64,000 nucleotides of DNA, taken from Candidatus Latescibacterota bacterium (GTDB taxonomy: Bacteria > Krumholzibacteriota > Krumholzibacteriia > WVZY01 > JAKEHA01). Below are positions 50,838-61,043 of the stretch, piece after piece (position 1 is the first letter of the stretch; every line of letters begins with the position of its first letter). The DNA lies in the NCBI GenBank assembly GCA_963707635.1, contig OY970173.1, positions 3,040,001 through 3,104,000 of the forward strand, written 5' to 3'. A model generated the notes under the pieces. That model had not been told where the DNA came from, searched no databases, and was given only the letters and a program-made list of their open reading frames with translations. Both the position numbers and the translations under genes were made by a program.

Positions 50838-53201
50838 TTACCTCCTGGCAGCCGCGGATGCGGCCGCGTTCGTGACTGAATCGTCGCCCGACGCGTGGCG
50901 CCGTCTCCCCGAAATCACACGCGCGGGAAAATACGAAAGCGCCGCCGGCATGATCAGAAACGTGGCGCCGCCGCTGATCAGCATGATGGCAAAGAAGAAC
51001 GCGCCCACCGTGACGTACGGCACCAGGGTCGAGAAGAACATGGGCACGAAGCCGAACGCGATCACGACGATGTTGCGCGCCAGCGCCTGCGCGGGTTCGT
51101 GGAAGAAGACGTTCAACGCGCGGTCGAAGTTCTCGTTGTTGTGGCGATAGATGTCGCGTATCCGCTGCAAGAAATGAATGGCGAAGTCAACCGACAGCCC
51201 CAGCGAGAGACTGCTCAACACTGCGATGGGCATGTCGTAGTTGCGGCCGCTGAGCCCCACCCATCCGTAGGTGACGAGGATCGTCGCTGTCAGCGGCACC
51301 ATGGCGAGAAGCCCCATCCGCAGACTGCGGAAGAGGCCGATCATCATGAGCAGCACGACCACCCACGATCCGGCCAGCGACTTGCCCATGCCGCTCACCA
51401 TGAGCTGCTGCCATTTCACGTTGATGTAGCTCAGGCCCGCCCATCGGATCTCCAGCCCCGGCGGCGGCGGGTTCTGCGCGACCCACGTGTTCACGCCGTC
51501 GACCACCGCGCGCACGCGCCGGTTGTCGCCGTTGCGCATCTGGATCCAGATGTTGATGCGGTCTTGGCCCGGCGTGATGAACTTGAAGAGGTCGTCGGGC
51601 GACCCTCCGCTCATCTCGTAGAGAAAGAGATACTGCGCGATCTTCTCGCGCGTGTCGGCGAGGGCCGCACTGCCCGGCTCGCGGTTGAGGAGCTCGTACT
51701 GGACCTTCTTGAGCACGTCCACCACCGAGCTGGCCGCGCCGACGTTCGGCTGTCCGCCTATCTCTGTCTGGAGCCGTTCCGCCCAACGCATCCACGCAGG
51801 ATCGAGGAAGGCGCCGTCCTCGGAGCCGGCCAGCTCCACGTACGCGAGGTACGTCCCCGGCAGGTGTTCGTTCATCACCCGGTCGGCTACCCGCAACGGG
51901 CTTCCCGGCTTGAACCAGTTCACCGGATTGTCGTTCACCACTATGCGCGTGACGCCATAGCCCGCGACCAGCATGACGACGCTGACCGCGACGAGCAGGG
52001 GCACGCGGCGGCGAACGGCGAAGTGGCGGATCTTGTGGAGATGCGTCTCGGGGGCGGCGTCGCCCTCGTGCACGTGACCGAACTTGTCCAGCACCGAGGG
52101 CGGCATCAGCATCGCGTACGCCGGAATGAACAGGAGGGAAAGCAGCCACGCCACCAGCACTCCGAATGCGACAAACGCGCCGAAGACCTGCACGGGGGGG
52201 ATGGGGGTCATGACCAGGGACGCGAAGCCCACGACGGTGGTAAGCGAGGTGAACGCCATGGGCAGGAACAACTCGCGCATCGTGTGATGGAGTGTCTGCG
52301 CCATGCTCTCATGCTGGCGGTAATTTGCGTGCACGGAGCTCAGAATGTGGATGCTGTTGAGCACCGCGATCGGAATGAGAAAGATGGGTATCATCGAGCT
52401 CATGATGTGGACGGTGTACCCCATCCCGATCAGCAGCCCCATGGTCCAGATCACGGTGATCATGGAGAGGATCATGGGCGCGAGAACCACCCTCCAGCGC
52501 CGGAAGAAGAACAGCATTAGCAGGAAGATGAGGAGGAACGCCAGCGGCGCCGAGACGGCCATCTGCTGGAACATGGCGGCCCCGAACGTGTCCTGCGCCA
52601 CCGGGAGCCCGGCAAGGTAATAACGCTCGGCGCCGTGATCCCGGTCGATGATTGCCTGGACCTGCTGACCGACCTCCATCGCTTCGTCTTTGCTCTCGAG
52701 CGGGATGAAAAGGGCGAGCGCCTTGCCGTCGTCCGAGGCGAGTTTGCCGCGGAGAATCGGATTCTCGTTGATCTGAACGAGGATCCTGCGCGCGTCTGCT
52801 TCGGTTTCGGGCACGGTCTCCATGAGCGTCTGGACGCGAATACCGCCGCCTTCCCCCGGCAGAATGTCGTCCACTTCGCTCGGCGCGAGAATGTCGTCTG
52901 CGATGACGCCGTCCATTTCGCGCAGCGCTGCGGTGATGGTCTGCACTCGCTGCAGGATCTCGGGAGTGAACACCGTGCGTTCGTCCACGATGCCCAGCAC
53001 GAGGAAGTCTTTCAGGTTGAATGCCGCCTCGACTTCGCGGTGAATCACGCGCACGGGCTCGTCGGCTGGTAGCATGTTCTCCGGATCTGTATCGATCTTG
53101 ATCCTGGGGAGCTGCGCCGCCGCCACCGCCGTGAGCAGCCCGACGATGACCATTACGAGCTTCGGGTGACGGATCGGGAATCCCGGGAATAGTCGCGTCA
53201 T
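50838..53201 (-). CDS. MMPL/RND family transporter
   Basis: Two RND halves, about 12 TM; TSLTTVVGF and GLSVDFAIH. Confidence 0.9.
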   Translation of the reverse strand: MTRLFPGFPIRHPKLVMVIVGLLTAVAAAQLPRIKIDTDPENMLPADEPVRVIHREVEAAFNLKDFLVLGIVDERTVFTPEILQRVQTITAALREMDGVIADDILAPSEVDDILPGEGGGIRVQTLMETVPETEADARRILVQINENPILRGKLASDDGKALALFIPLESKDEAMEVGQQVQAIIDRDHGAERYYLAGLPVAQDTFGAAMFQQMAVSAPLAFLLIFLLMLFFFRRWRVVLAPMILSMITVIWTMGLLIGMGYTVHIMSSMIPIFLIPIAVLNSIHILSSVHANYRQHESMAQTLHHTMRELFLPMAFTSLTTVVGFASLVMTPIPPVQVFGAFVAFGVLVAWLLSLLFIPAYAMLMPPSVLDKFGHVHEGDAAPETHLHKIRHFAVRRRVPLLVAVSVVMLVAGYGVTRIVVNDNPVNWFKPGSPLRVADRVMNEHLPGTYLAYVELAGSEDGAFLDPAWMRWAERLQTEIGGQPNVGAASSVVDVLKKVQYELLNREPGSAALADTREKIAQYLFLYEMSGGSPDDLFKFITPGQDRINIWIQMRNGDNRRVRAVVDGVNTWVAQNPPPPGLEIRWAGLSYINVKWQQLMVSGMGKSLAGSWVVVLLMMIGLFRSLRMGLLAMVPLTATILVTYGWVGLSGRNYDMPIAVLSSLSLGLSVDFAIHFLQRIRDIYRHNNENFDRALNVFFHEPAQALARNIVVIAFGFVPMFFSTLVPYVTVGAFFFAIMLISGGATFLIMPAALSYFPARVISGRRRHASGDDSVTNAAASAAARR

Positions 53202-53238
53202 GGTCGGGTTCGCTTTCTTTGTTTGCGCGATCGTCGTG

Positions 53239-53499
53239 TCAGCGCGCCGTCGTGGCGGCCTTCGCGTCGCGTCGCGCTTCCAGCCGGCGGAATATGATCT
53301 CGGCCGGACAGAAGTTGGTGAAGCTCGATTGCACAAGATTGACGCCGACGAAGCCGGTAAGCACAAACCACCAGGGGCTCACCTTCCACGCGAGAAGGAG
53401 CGAGACGAGAACCAGCGTGCCCGCCAAACGCCTCACCATGCGTTCGGGCCACGAGAGCTTTGCGCAAACAGCGGCACCGCTTCCGGAATATGAGTCCAC
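53239..53499 (-). CDS. DUF2892 (YgaP-like) membrane protein
   Basis: ER.VRRLAG...FVGVNLVQSSFTNFCP; GGAGG before GTG. Confidence 0.85.
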   Translation of the reverse strand: MDSYSGSGAAVCAKLSWPERMVRRLAGTLVLVSLLLAWKVSPWWFVLTGFVGVNLVQSSFTNFCPAEIIFRRLEARRDAKAATTAR

Positions 53500-53574
53500 G
53501 TTTTCCTCCTTGAATTCCTCCGACGGGACTTGCCATCCCGCGCCAACAGGACATATTGTAGAGAGAACTTCGCT

Positions 53575-53624
53575 ATATGAATATATGCTTTAGTAGTTAT
53601 ATAATAATCCCGACGGTGTGTCAA
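53575..53624 (-). promoter_or_regulatory. sigma70 promoter with candidate ArsR operator
   Basis: TTGACA-N17-TATAAC (53624-53596); imperfect palindrome ATATGAATATAT at 53575-53586 just downstream. Confidence 0.65.
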
Positions 53625-53645
53625 GCCGTCTCGCCCGGTGGTGTC

Positions 53646-54005
53646 ATGAGAGTTTCTAACCGATTGGAACACAAGACTCTGTCCCTGATCGCGGAGCGAT
53701 TCAGGGTGCTGGCGGATCCGCGCCGGCTGCAGCTGCTTCACCTGCTGGGTGAGAAGGAGATGTCAGTGGGGGCGCTGGTGGACGCGTCGGGCGCGAGCCA
53801 GGCCAACGTCTCCAAACACCTTCAGATACTCCTACGGGCGGGATTCCTGCAGCGCCGCAAGGAGGGTGTGGTGGTCTTCTACCGGATCGTGGACGCGTCC
53901 ATCTTCCAGATGTGCGAGCTTGTCTGCGGGCGCTTGAGCGAACAGTTCCGCGACGATCTCACCGCGATCGGCCTTCCGAAGCAGACACGGAGGCGCACCC
54001 GGTAG
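53646..54005 (+). CDS. ArsR/SmtB family regulator
   Basis: FRVLADPRRL, SQANVSKHL, RRKEG..VFY and C-terminal CELVC. Confidence 0.9.
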   Translation: MRVSNRLEHKTLSLIAERFRVLADPRRLQLLHLLGEKEMSVGALVDASGASQANVSKHLQILLRAGFLQRRKEGVVVFYRIVDASIFQMCELVCGRLSEQFRDDLTAIGLPKQTRRRTR

Positions 54006-54015
54006 CCCACGCGAC

Positions 54016-56871
54016 CTACTGGAAATTACTGATCAGCACGACGTCGCGGCTTTGCGTTCCCGCCCGCACGATGACGTTCTGGCTGTCGGGGCTCCACTTG
54101 ATCTGGAAGACGTCCTCGCCGTCGAATTTCGTCACCTGCTTCGGCGATACGCCGTTGGCACCCACCACCCACACGTTCTCGCCCTCCTCGCCGCGGCGGA
54201 CCACGGCGATCCAGCGTGCGTCGGGGGACCACGCGTGGTCGGTCAGGCGCCCGTCGGTGAACCGCGTGATCTGCTTTGCCGGCGCTCCGGACTCGTAGCG
54301 AAAGACGTTGCGGGCCGGCTCGTCGCGATCGAGATAGGTCCATGACTTCCCGTTTTGTTCCCACTCGGGGTCGATGGCGTTGGCTTTTTGCGGCAACCGC
54401 TCGATCTCCGGCCCCCCGGCCGAGGGCAGGACGATGTTAATGGCCTCGATGAAACCCGACGCGTTGGGTTCCAGTCTGAACACCGTCAGCCGCTGGCTGT
54501 CGGCTGAAAAGAGGGCGAACGCGGACTCGGCCTTCGGAGCAACCGGAATCACGTCGCCGCCGTCGACCGGCATCACCCACACGCCGCGCGTCGAGTCGCC
54601 GTACGCAAACGCCACCAGGCGCCCGTCCATGGAGACGTCGAGCAGCGCTTCTCCTCCACCGGACGTGACTTGCTTGAGCCCGCTGCCGTCGGTGTTGATG
54701 CGCCAGATGTGCTGCTGTCCGTTCTCGTCGTAGCGCTGGAAGACGGCCGTATTGTCACGGGCGATCAAGTGTGTGACATGGCCCGGTCCCGCCGACAGGC
54801 GCTGCTGTTCCCCGCCCGTGAGCGGAATCGCCGCGATCCCGAGCCGCCGCTCCTGCACGCTCGCGAACAGCACGCGATCGGACGCGACGTCGAACGAAAA
54901 CGCCGAATGCTCCGGGCTGGTCGCGTTCGTCAACCTGCGAACGGTTCCGCCTGCCGGGTTCGCCACGTACAGATTGGCGACCTCGCTGGACCGCAGCGCC
55001 GCAATCGCCCCGTCGCCGCCCGTCGCCGCCGACACCCCCGAGTAGGAGGCGAAATCGTTGGTGACGCGTCCCAGTTTTCCACCCGGGTAGCTGATCACAA
55101 ACACCTGGTCGCGGATCCCTTCGCTCACACTCGTCCCGGCCAGAACCAGCCCGCGCCCGTCGGGAATCCACGCGACATCCAGGAAGAAGGCGTTCGTCTT
55201 GACGAAGAAGTCATCGCGACGACCGCTGTCCACGTCGAACATGGCGAGTTTCGAGGTCGACTTCGGCGGTGGAAGAATCACGAAGACGGCGATCCGTTTT
55301 CCGTCCGGCGACCACGACGGCGCGCCCGCTACAACTTCGGGCTGGCGGACGTTGGCAAACTCCCGCTCGGTTCCGGCGTCGAGGTCGCGAATGATGAGCG
55401 CGGACCGGCCCTCCTGGGGCACGCCACGCACGAAGCACACTTGCTTCGCGTCCGGCGAGAAGGTGACGCGCGAATCGACGTCGAACGCGCGCTCTTCCTC
55501 GGGTCCGCCCAACGAAGGCACCCGCACCAGGCTGCGGTAGTTGGGCTGGTCCTTGCGCCGCTTGAGGAAATAGAGGTAGTTCCCGTCGGGCGAGAAACTC
55601 GGCGACTCCAGGGTCGCGTCCGTCACCGGCAGCACTTCCACGTCGCTGCCGGTGGCCACCTGACGCACGCGCAACGTCGAGCGCCCGGCGCTGCCCGCGA
55701 TGTAGGCGATGTAGCGCCCGTCGGGAGACAGGGCGCTGTAGAGCACGTCGCCGCGGCTGGTCTGCGTGGTCGCGCGCATGTTCTGGAACGGCTCCACGGT
55801 GGACTCGCCGCCGCGGCGCGAGCTCCAGATTCCATACCCGATGCCGACTGCCCCCACCAGCACCGCGCCCACCACGATCGGCAGCGTGCGCGACTTGCGC
55901 CCCGGCAGCGCCGCCGTGGCGCCGCTTCCACTGGTGGCCGACGTCGCCGACGCCGAAAGCGCGTCGTACTCGTCGACGATTTCGCGCAGCTCGATGGCGA
56001 GGTCCTTCATGGACTGGAGGCGCTGGTCGGGCGCCTTGGCGAGGCAGCGGCGCACGAGCCGGCGCAGCTCGGCGGGCGCGGCCGGGTTCAGCCCTTCGAT
56101 GGGAAGCGGCTTGTCGTGGAGGATCTTGTGCATCGTCTCGACGTTGGAATCCGCAGCAAATGGCCGGCGCTGCGTGGCCGCTTCGTAGAGCAGGCAGCCG
56201 AACGAAAACACATCCGAGCGATGGTCGACCGACTTGCCCTGCACCTGCTCCGGTGACATGTAGTACACGGTGCCGAGCACGGCACCCTCGCTGGTGCGCT
56301 CCCCGATCTCGGTCATCGCGGTCGCCGACGCGTTCTCCGCGCCGCGCTTTTCCGTGAGCTTGGCGAGGCCGAAGTCGAGCACCTTGGCGAAGCCGTCGTC
56401 GCTGACCATGATGTTGCCGGGCTTCAGGTCGCGATGCACGATGCCGGCGGCGTGCGCCTTGGCGATTCCCTCGGCGGCCTGCGCGAGGTAACCGAGCAGC
56501 GTGCGCAGGTCGGTCTTTTCCTCGTGGATCTTCGCGCCCAGCGTTTTCCCGCTGATCAGCTCCATCGAGATGTACTGCACCGATCCAGAGTCGCTGCCCG
56601 ACGCCGAGCGGACGTTTTCCTGCCCGATCTCATAGATGGTGACGATGTTGGGATGGTTGAGCGACGACGCGGACTTCGCCTCCTGCACGAAGCGGCGCAC
56701 GCGGTCCTCGTTCTTGACCAGGTCGGCCGGGAGCACCTTGAGGGCGACGTTGCGCTCGAGGGTCCGGTCCTGGGCGAGGTAAACCTCGCCCATGCCGCCG
56801 GCCCCGAGCGGGCCGACCACGCGGTACTGCGCAATTTCGTCTTCGGGCTGGAGGGCGCGGGCCGTGGTCAT
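54016..56871 (-). CDS. Ser/Thr protein kinase with TM and TolB/PD40 beta-propellers
   Basis: LGAGGMGEVY, VALK, HRDLKPGN, DFGLAK and YMSPEQ; repeated SPDG. Confidence 0.94.
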   Translation of the reverse strand: MTTARALQPEDEIAQYRVVGPLGAGGMGEVYLAQDRTLERNVALKVLPADLVKNEDRVRRFVQEAKSASSLNHPNIVTIYEIGQENVRSASGSDSGSVQYISMELISGKTLGAKIHEEKTDLRTLLGYLAQAAEGIAKAHAAGIVHRDLKPGNIMVSDDGFAKVLDFGLAKLTEKRGAENASATAMTEIGERTSEGAVLGTVYYMSPEQVQGKSVDHRSDVFSFGCLLYEAATQRRPFAADSNVETMHKILHDKPLPIEGLNPAAPAELRRLVRRCLAKAPDQRLQSMKDLAIELREIVDEYDALSASATSATSGSGATAALPGRKSRTLPIVVGAVLVGAVGIGYGIWSSRRGGESTVEPFQNMRATTQTSRGDVLYSALSPDGRYIAYIAGSAGRSTLRVRQVATGSDVEVLPVTDATLESPSFSPDGNYLYFLKRRKDQPNYRSLVRVPSLGGPEEERAFDVDSRVTFSPDAKQVCFVRGVPQEGRSALIIRDLDAGTEREFANVRQPEVVAGAPSWSPDGKRIAVFVILPPPKSTSKLAMFDVDSGRRDDFFVKTNAFFLDVAWIPDGRGLVLAGTSVSEGIRDQVFVISYPGGKLGRVTNDFASYSGVSAATGGDGAIAALRSSEVANLYVANPAGGTVRRLTNATSPEHSAFSFDVASDRVLFASVQERRLGIAAIPLTGGEQQRLSAGPGHVTHLIARDNTAVFQRYDENGQQHIWRINTDGSGLKQVTSGGGEALLDVSMDGRLVAFAYGDSTRGVWVMPVDGGDVIPVAPKAESAFALFSADSQRLTVFRLEPNASGFIEAINIVLPSAGGPEIERLPQKANAIDPEWEQNGKSWTYLDRDEPARNVFRYESGAPAKQITRFTDGRLTDHAWSPDARWIAVVRRGEEGENVWVVGANGVSPKQVTKFDGEDVFQIKWSPDSQNVIVRAGTQSRDVVLISNFQ

Positions 56872-56880
56872 TCGTTCTCC

Positions 56881-58545
56881 TTATGTATTCTTACCTGCCG
56901 GTGGCTCGTGCCACTTTTCCTTCGGCACCCATACCTTGCCATCCGGGTCGCCTTCGTAGTGCGGCGACATGATCTGCACGCCGTGCTCGTTGAACATGTC
57001 CTGCACGTTGGCGTTGAGCGCGCTCATCACGAGCACGCGTTTCTCTGCCTCCTCGAGCCGGACCGCGAGCGTGTACTCGACGTAGAAGTCCGAGAGGGCC
57101 GTCTGCAGCACGCGGGGCTCGGGAGTCTTGCGAACCCCGGGCGTCATCGCGGCGGCCTGGAGCAGCATCGCGTGCACCTGACGCCACGGCGCATTGTACC
57201 CGATCGTAACCGTAATCGTCAGCGGCGCACCTTTCTCACGGTTGAGGCGCGTGTAATTCTTGGTGATGCCACCCACGATGACGGCATTGGGGACGTTGAT
57301 CTCTTCGTCGCGCGGGGTGCGGATCTTGGTGGATAGCACCCCCATCGACAACACGACGCCTTCGTAATCGCCGATCCGGACGTAGTCGTTCACCCGCAGC
57401 GCCTTCGAAAAAATCAAAATGTAACCGCTGGCCGCCTGGCTCACGACGTTCGACGACCCCAGCGACAGCATGACGCCGAAGAGCACGCTCAAGCCTTTGA
57501 ACGCGGCGCCGTCGCTGCCGGGGATATACGGAAACGCAATCGCGACGGCGAGCAGCCAGACGAACAACACTACCAGGCGTTGCGTTGGCCCCGCCGTCTC
57601 CGCATCCACCCCCGGCAGCTCGAAGCGCCCTTCGCGCACCGCGTCGAACAGGGCACGAATCCAACGCACCACCAGGCGCGTCATAAAGAAGATCAGGACC
57701 AGCATGAAGACGTCGGGGATCGCGTGCAGGATGGCGAGCCCGATCTTCGACCCGATTCCAAACAAATAGTCGTCGAGCTGGTCGCCCCATGGATAGGTGT
57801 AGGGGAACTGCTTCAGGACGAACGTGACCCAGAGGTTGGCCAGGCCGACACCGATCACGATGGCCACCAGGCGAAGCACGAGGCGCAGCAACACGCCGAT
57901 CTGGTTGATGAGCGCCGTCGGTGGAAGCTTGAGTTTCTGGCTGCGGGCTTGCATGTGCCGCTCGATGGACGCGCCGGCCCATTTCACCACCCGCACGAGA
58001 CTGCGCAGCAGCAACCAGAAGATGATCGTCGCCAGCAGGCTGAACGCGATGGAGCGAGCCAGGCTCGAGACGGTCCGCTGCTCCAGCACCGCCTCGACCG
58101 CCTCCTCGAGGCTGCGGCTGGTTCGGGCAACGAGCTGTTCCTCGGTCTCGCCCGTCAACGCGTTCACGTCGCCCGGCGTCACCGTGAATACCCACCTGCC
58201 GTCGAGCTGGATCAGCGTGCCCATGTCGGTGGGCTTCGCAGTGACCGTGACTTGACGCTCTCCCCGGCGATGCCCGCTGGTCGCGTCGCGCACGCGCTCA
58301 TTCGCGGCCTTCGCGCGCTGCTCCGGAGAGTAGCCAAGGATCTCGGCCCGGAACTCGAAGACGTTCCGATTGCCGATGACGAGCGGGACCGGCGCGTGGG
58401 CGCCCCCGCGCGCAACGGCCGCACCCGCCGAGGACGAATCTGGCGGCGGGGCCGCGTTCGCCGGGGCGGCAACCGCGGCGGCCAGCCACACGACGGCAGC
58501 CGCACGGCGCAGATACGATTCGATCCTGCTCCGCGTTAATTTCAT
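56881..58545 (-). CDS. MscS family mechanosensitive channel with periplasmic N-terminal domain
   Basis: SLGSS.VVS...SG, VPNA, DFYVEY and GVQIMSPHY. Confidence 0.9.
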   Translation of the reverse strand: MKLTRSRIESYLRRAAAVVWLAAAVAAPANAAPPPDSSSAGAAVARGGAHAPVPLVIGNRNVFEFRAEILGYSPEQRAKAANERVRDATSGHRRGERQVTVTAKPTDMGTLIQLDGRWVFTVTPGDVNALTGETEEQLVARTSRSLEEAVEAVLEQRTVSSLARSIAFSLLATIIFWLLLRSLVRVVKWAGASIERHMQARSQKLKLPPTALINQIGVLLRLVLRLVAIVIGVGLANLWVTFVLKQFPYTYPWGDQLDDYLFGIGSKIGLAILHAIPDVFMLVLIFFMTRLVVRWIRALFDAVREGRFELPGVDAETAGPTQRLVVLFVWLLAVAIAFPYIPGSDGAAFKGLSVLFGVMLSLGSSNVVSQAASGYILIFSKALRVNDYVRIGDYEGVVLSMGVLSTKIRTPRDEEINVPNAVIVGGITKNYTRLNREKGAPLTITVTIGYNAPWRQVHAMLLQAAAMTPGVRKTPEPRVLQTALSDFYVEYTLAVRLEEAEKRVLVMSALNANVQDMFNEHGVQIMSPHYEGDPDGKVWVPKEKWHEPPAGKNT

Positions 58546-58546
58546 G

Positions 58547-59533
58547 TCACTCGTCTCCCTCGGCTCCAATGGGCCGGGCGTCGAAAAGCATGACCTCCGT
58601 AATACCGTCTTGCTCGTACGAAAGCGCCAGCTGGGTGGCCAGGAAACCGAACTTCCGCAGCCCGACGATCTGGCGCATGAAGTGCGCTTCGGTCGAGAAG
58701 GCCGGGTCCACGCATATCATGCGTGTTCCACCCAGCGGCGTGATGGATACGTCTCCCGGCTGCTTCCCGGCGGTGACCCGGGCAAAGTAGGGATTGCACC
58801 CGGTGCTGCCGGAGATCCGTTCCCCGTCGAACCTCGCCGTGACGTCGGGTTCATACTCCGCCACATTGCCCCAGGATGACCACCCGCGTAGCACCCATTC
58901 GGTCCCCTCGAGCGTGGCGAGCGAGAGTCGTCCCGGGGTGGTTGCCGTCGGAACCTCTTGCAGCCCCCCGTTCGTATAGGCCCAAGCTCGATCGACCAGC
59001 TCTCCCGGACAACACATCGCGTCCGACTTGCCCGCCTGGACGAGGCTCATGGCGATCTGGTTCCCGTCGATGCTCGCCGCGCGCACCTGCACGCGATCTC
59101 CCAGCAGCGCCGACGCCGCGTGGCGCATGGTGCTGTCCTCGCGCAGCGCGACGGCGAGGTAAACCAGTTCACCGCTTCCGCCGGTCGTCAGGCTCACCAG
59201 CACCGCCGCGTCCTCGTCGCCATCCCGGTCGAGGTCGCCGACCAGGCGAAAGTCGCGCACGAACTGGAGCGCGGGACGCGCGGCGGCCCCTTCGACGTAG
59301 GGTTCGCCCTCCCAACGGCCGTTGACCAGGGTCACGCTCGGCGGAAGCCCCTCGATGCCGGCGTAGGTGCCGCGCTTGAGCTCGAGCAGGGTCGGCGCCG
59401 TCACGATGCCTGCCGCCGCGATCGTCGTGTCCACCGCACTGGAACGTGTCTGCGTGTCCGGCTTCTTGCCACACCCGGCCGCGATCAGCGCGGCGACGGC
59501 TGCGAGCGCGACTGCGATCCTGTTGCTCTTCAT
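58547..59533 (-). CDS. META domain lipoprotein
   Basis: AAGC lipobox, GDLDRDGDED, GGSG, MCCP, LEGTEW, GSTGCN and TRMIC. Confidence 0.82.
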   Translation of the reverse strand: MKSNRIAVALAAVAALIAAGCGKKPDTQTRSSAVDTTIAAAGIVTAPTLLELKRGTYAGIEGLPPSVTLVNGRWEGEPYVEGAAARPALQFVRDFRLVGDLDRDGDEDAAVLVSLTTGGSGELVYLAVALREDSTMRHAASALLGDRVQVRAASIDGNQIAMSLVQAGKSDAMCCPGELVDRAWAYTNGGLQEVPTATTPGRLSLATLEGTEWVLRGWSSWGNVAEYEPDVTARFDGERISGSTGCNPYFARVTAGKQPGDVSITPLGGTRMICVDPAFSTEAHFMRQIVGLRKFGFLATQLALSYEQDGITEVMLFDARPIGAEGDE

Positions 59534-59547
59534 CCCGTTGACCTCCG

Positions 59548-60894
59548 TTATTCTTCCGGCAGGGAGGATATCACCAATGCCACCTTGCCGCTGCGTCGCC
59601 GGGTGAGCTCGCGCACGCGTTCATAGTCGATTCTCATATCGGCAAACTTCTCGCGCAGCAACGCCGTCACGGGCGCCAGGCGTTCGGGAGTGAAGTCGGT
59701 GCGCGTGACCAGACGCACCAGCATGCGATCGGGGCTGTCCTGCACCACCTGATAACCCTCGATCCAGTCGTCGAACTGGCGCATGGTGTAGGTGAGGTAG
59801 AGCCCGCTCACCACGCCGGTCGACGTACGGATCACGTCCTGCAGCCGGCCGTCCACCGACGCCAGCCGCGGGAATGGCCGTCCGCACGGGCACGGAGCAT
59901 CGGCCGGGCCCGCCGTGCCGATGTCACCGATTTCGTAGCGAACGAACGGATTCGCCGCGTTGTGCATGTCCGTGATCACGATGCGGCCTTCCTCCCCCTC
60001 GTCAACCGGCTGGCCGTCGTCGTCGACCACTTCGACCAGCAGATTGTCGCTCGCCAGGTGATAGCCCTCGTGCCGGTGGCACTCCATTCCCACGCTCATG
60101 AACTCACGCGAGCCATACGACATGTACACGTCCCCCACCAGGTGCTCCTGCAACAACTCGCGGTGGCCGGGCTGGAGCCCCTCCGCAGCGCTCACCATCG
60201 TGCGCGGCTTCCAGAGCAGCACCCCGGGATGATCGCGCACGTAACGGGCGAGGTCGACCAGCATGCTGGTATACCCCACCAGCGCGTGCGGCTTGAGATG
60301 GTTGATCAGCTCGATGCATGTGAGGCGCTCCGCGTCGCTGAATTCCTTGAACGCGTCGAAATAGGCGCGCCGCTGGAGGACCAGATGCACGTAGCGCTTG
60401 ACCGCTTCCGAGAGGGGAACACGGCCGTGGTCCGCGGCCCAGACGTGCAGGCTCTTGCGCCCCTCCTCGGCTCCACCCCACGAGTAACTCCGATCCATCA
60501 CGGAGGTGCGCCACTCGTAGCTCTCGCGGGTCACGTGGAAACGGACCGGGAGCGACGTCGACCCGCTGGTCTGGTGCGCGTAGAGCGAGTCCGGCGGCCG
60601 CTCCTGCTGCGCGAAAAACTCCCGCTGGTCGTGCCGCGTCCACACCGGGAGCTCCTCGGGCCGTACCATCGTGCCGGGCGCGGGCAGCGATCCGCGGTGG
60701 GCCTTGACTCGCTCCGCGTAGAACGGAAAGCGCTCGAGCGAACGCTGTACGTGCCCCTGAAACTCGCGCTCGGTGAGCTTCCGCAGCGCGTCGCGCGAGA
60801 GACTCTCGTTCGCGGCGACCCAGCGACGAATGGCGAGCCGGTGGTAGCCGCGCAACTCGCCGTAGAGCGCGCTGATCATCGTCGACGCGTGCAC
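59548..60894 (-). CDS. Phenylacetate--CoA ligase family (CapK-like) adenylate-forming enzyme
   Basis: TSGST, YGSRE, RYEIGD, CPCGR and SGK. Confidence 0.87.
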   Translation of the reverse strand: MHASTMISALYGELRGYHRLAIRRWVAANESLSRDALRKLTEREFQGHVQRSLERFPFYAERVKAHRGSLPAPGTMVRPEELPVWTRHDQREFFAQQERPPDSLYAHQTSGSTSLPVRFHVTRESYEWRTSVMDRSYSWGGAEEGRKSLHVWAADHGRVPLSEAVKRYVHLVLQRRAYFDAFKEFSDAERLTCIELINHLKPHALVGYTSMLVDLARYVRDHPGVLLWKPRTMVSAAEGLQPGHRELLQEHLVGDVYMSYGSREFMSVGMECHRHEGYHLASDNLLVEVVDDDGQPVDEGEEGRIVITDMHNAANPFVRYEIGDIGTAGPADAPCPCGRPFPRLASVDGRLQDVIRTSTGVVSGLYLTYTMRQFDDWIEGYQVVQDSPDRMLVRLVTRTDFTPERLAPVTALLREKFADMRIDYERVRELTRRRSGKVALVISSLPEE

Positions 60895-61043
60895 GCCCGT
60901 ACCTTATCAACCTTCGCCGGGTCGATCCATCCCAAACCATGCCGCTTGACGCGCGCGCCCACGACAGGCAGAATGGCGGGATGCGGGGGCGGCCGCCTCT
61001 TCGCAAACCCCACGTCGCGCATTCCCTGGAAAGGAGCCTCTCG

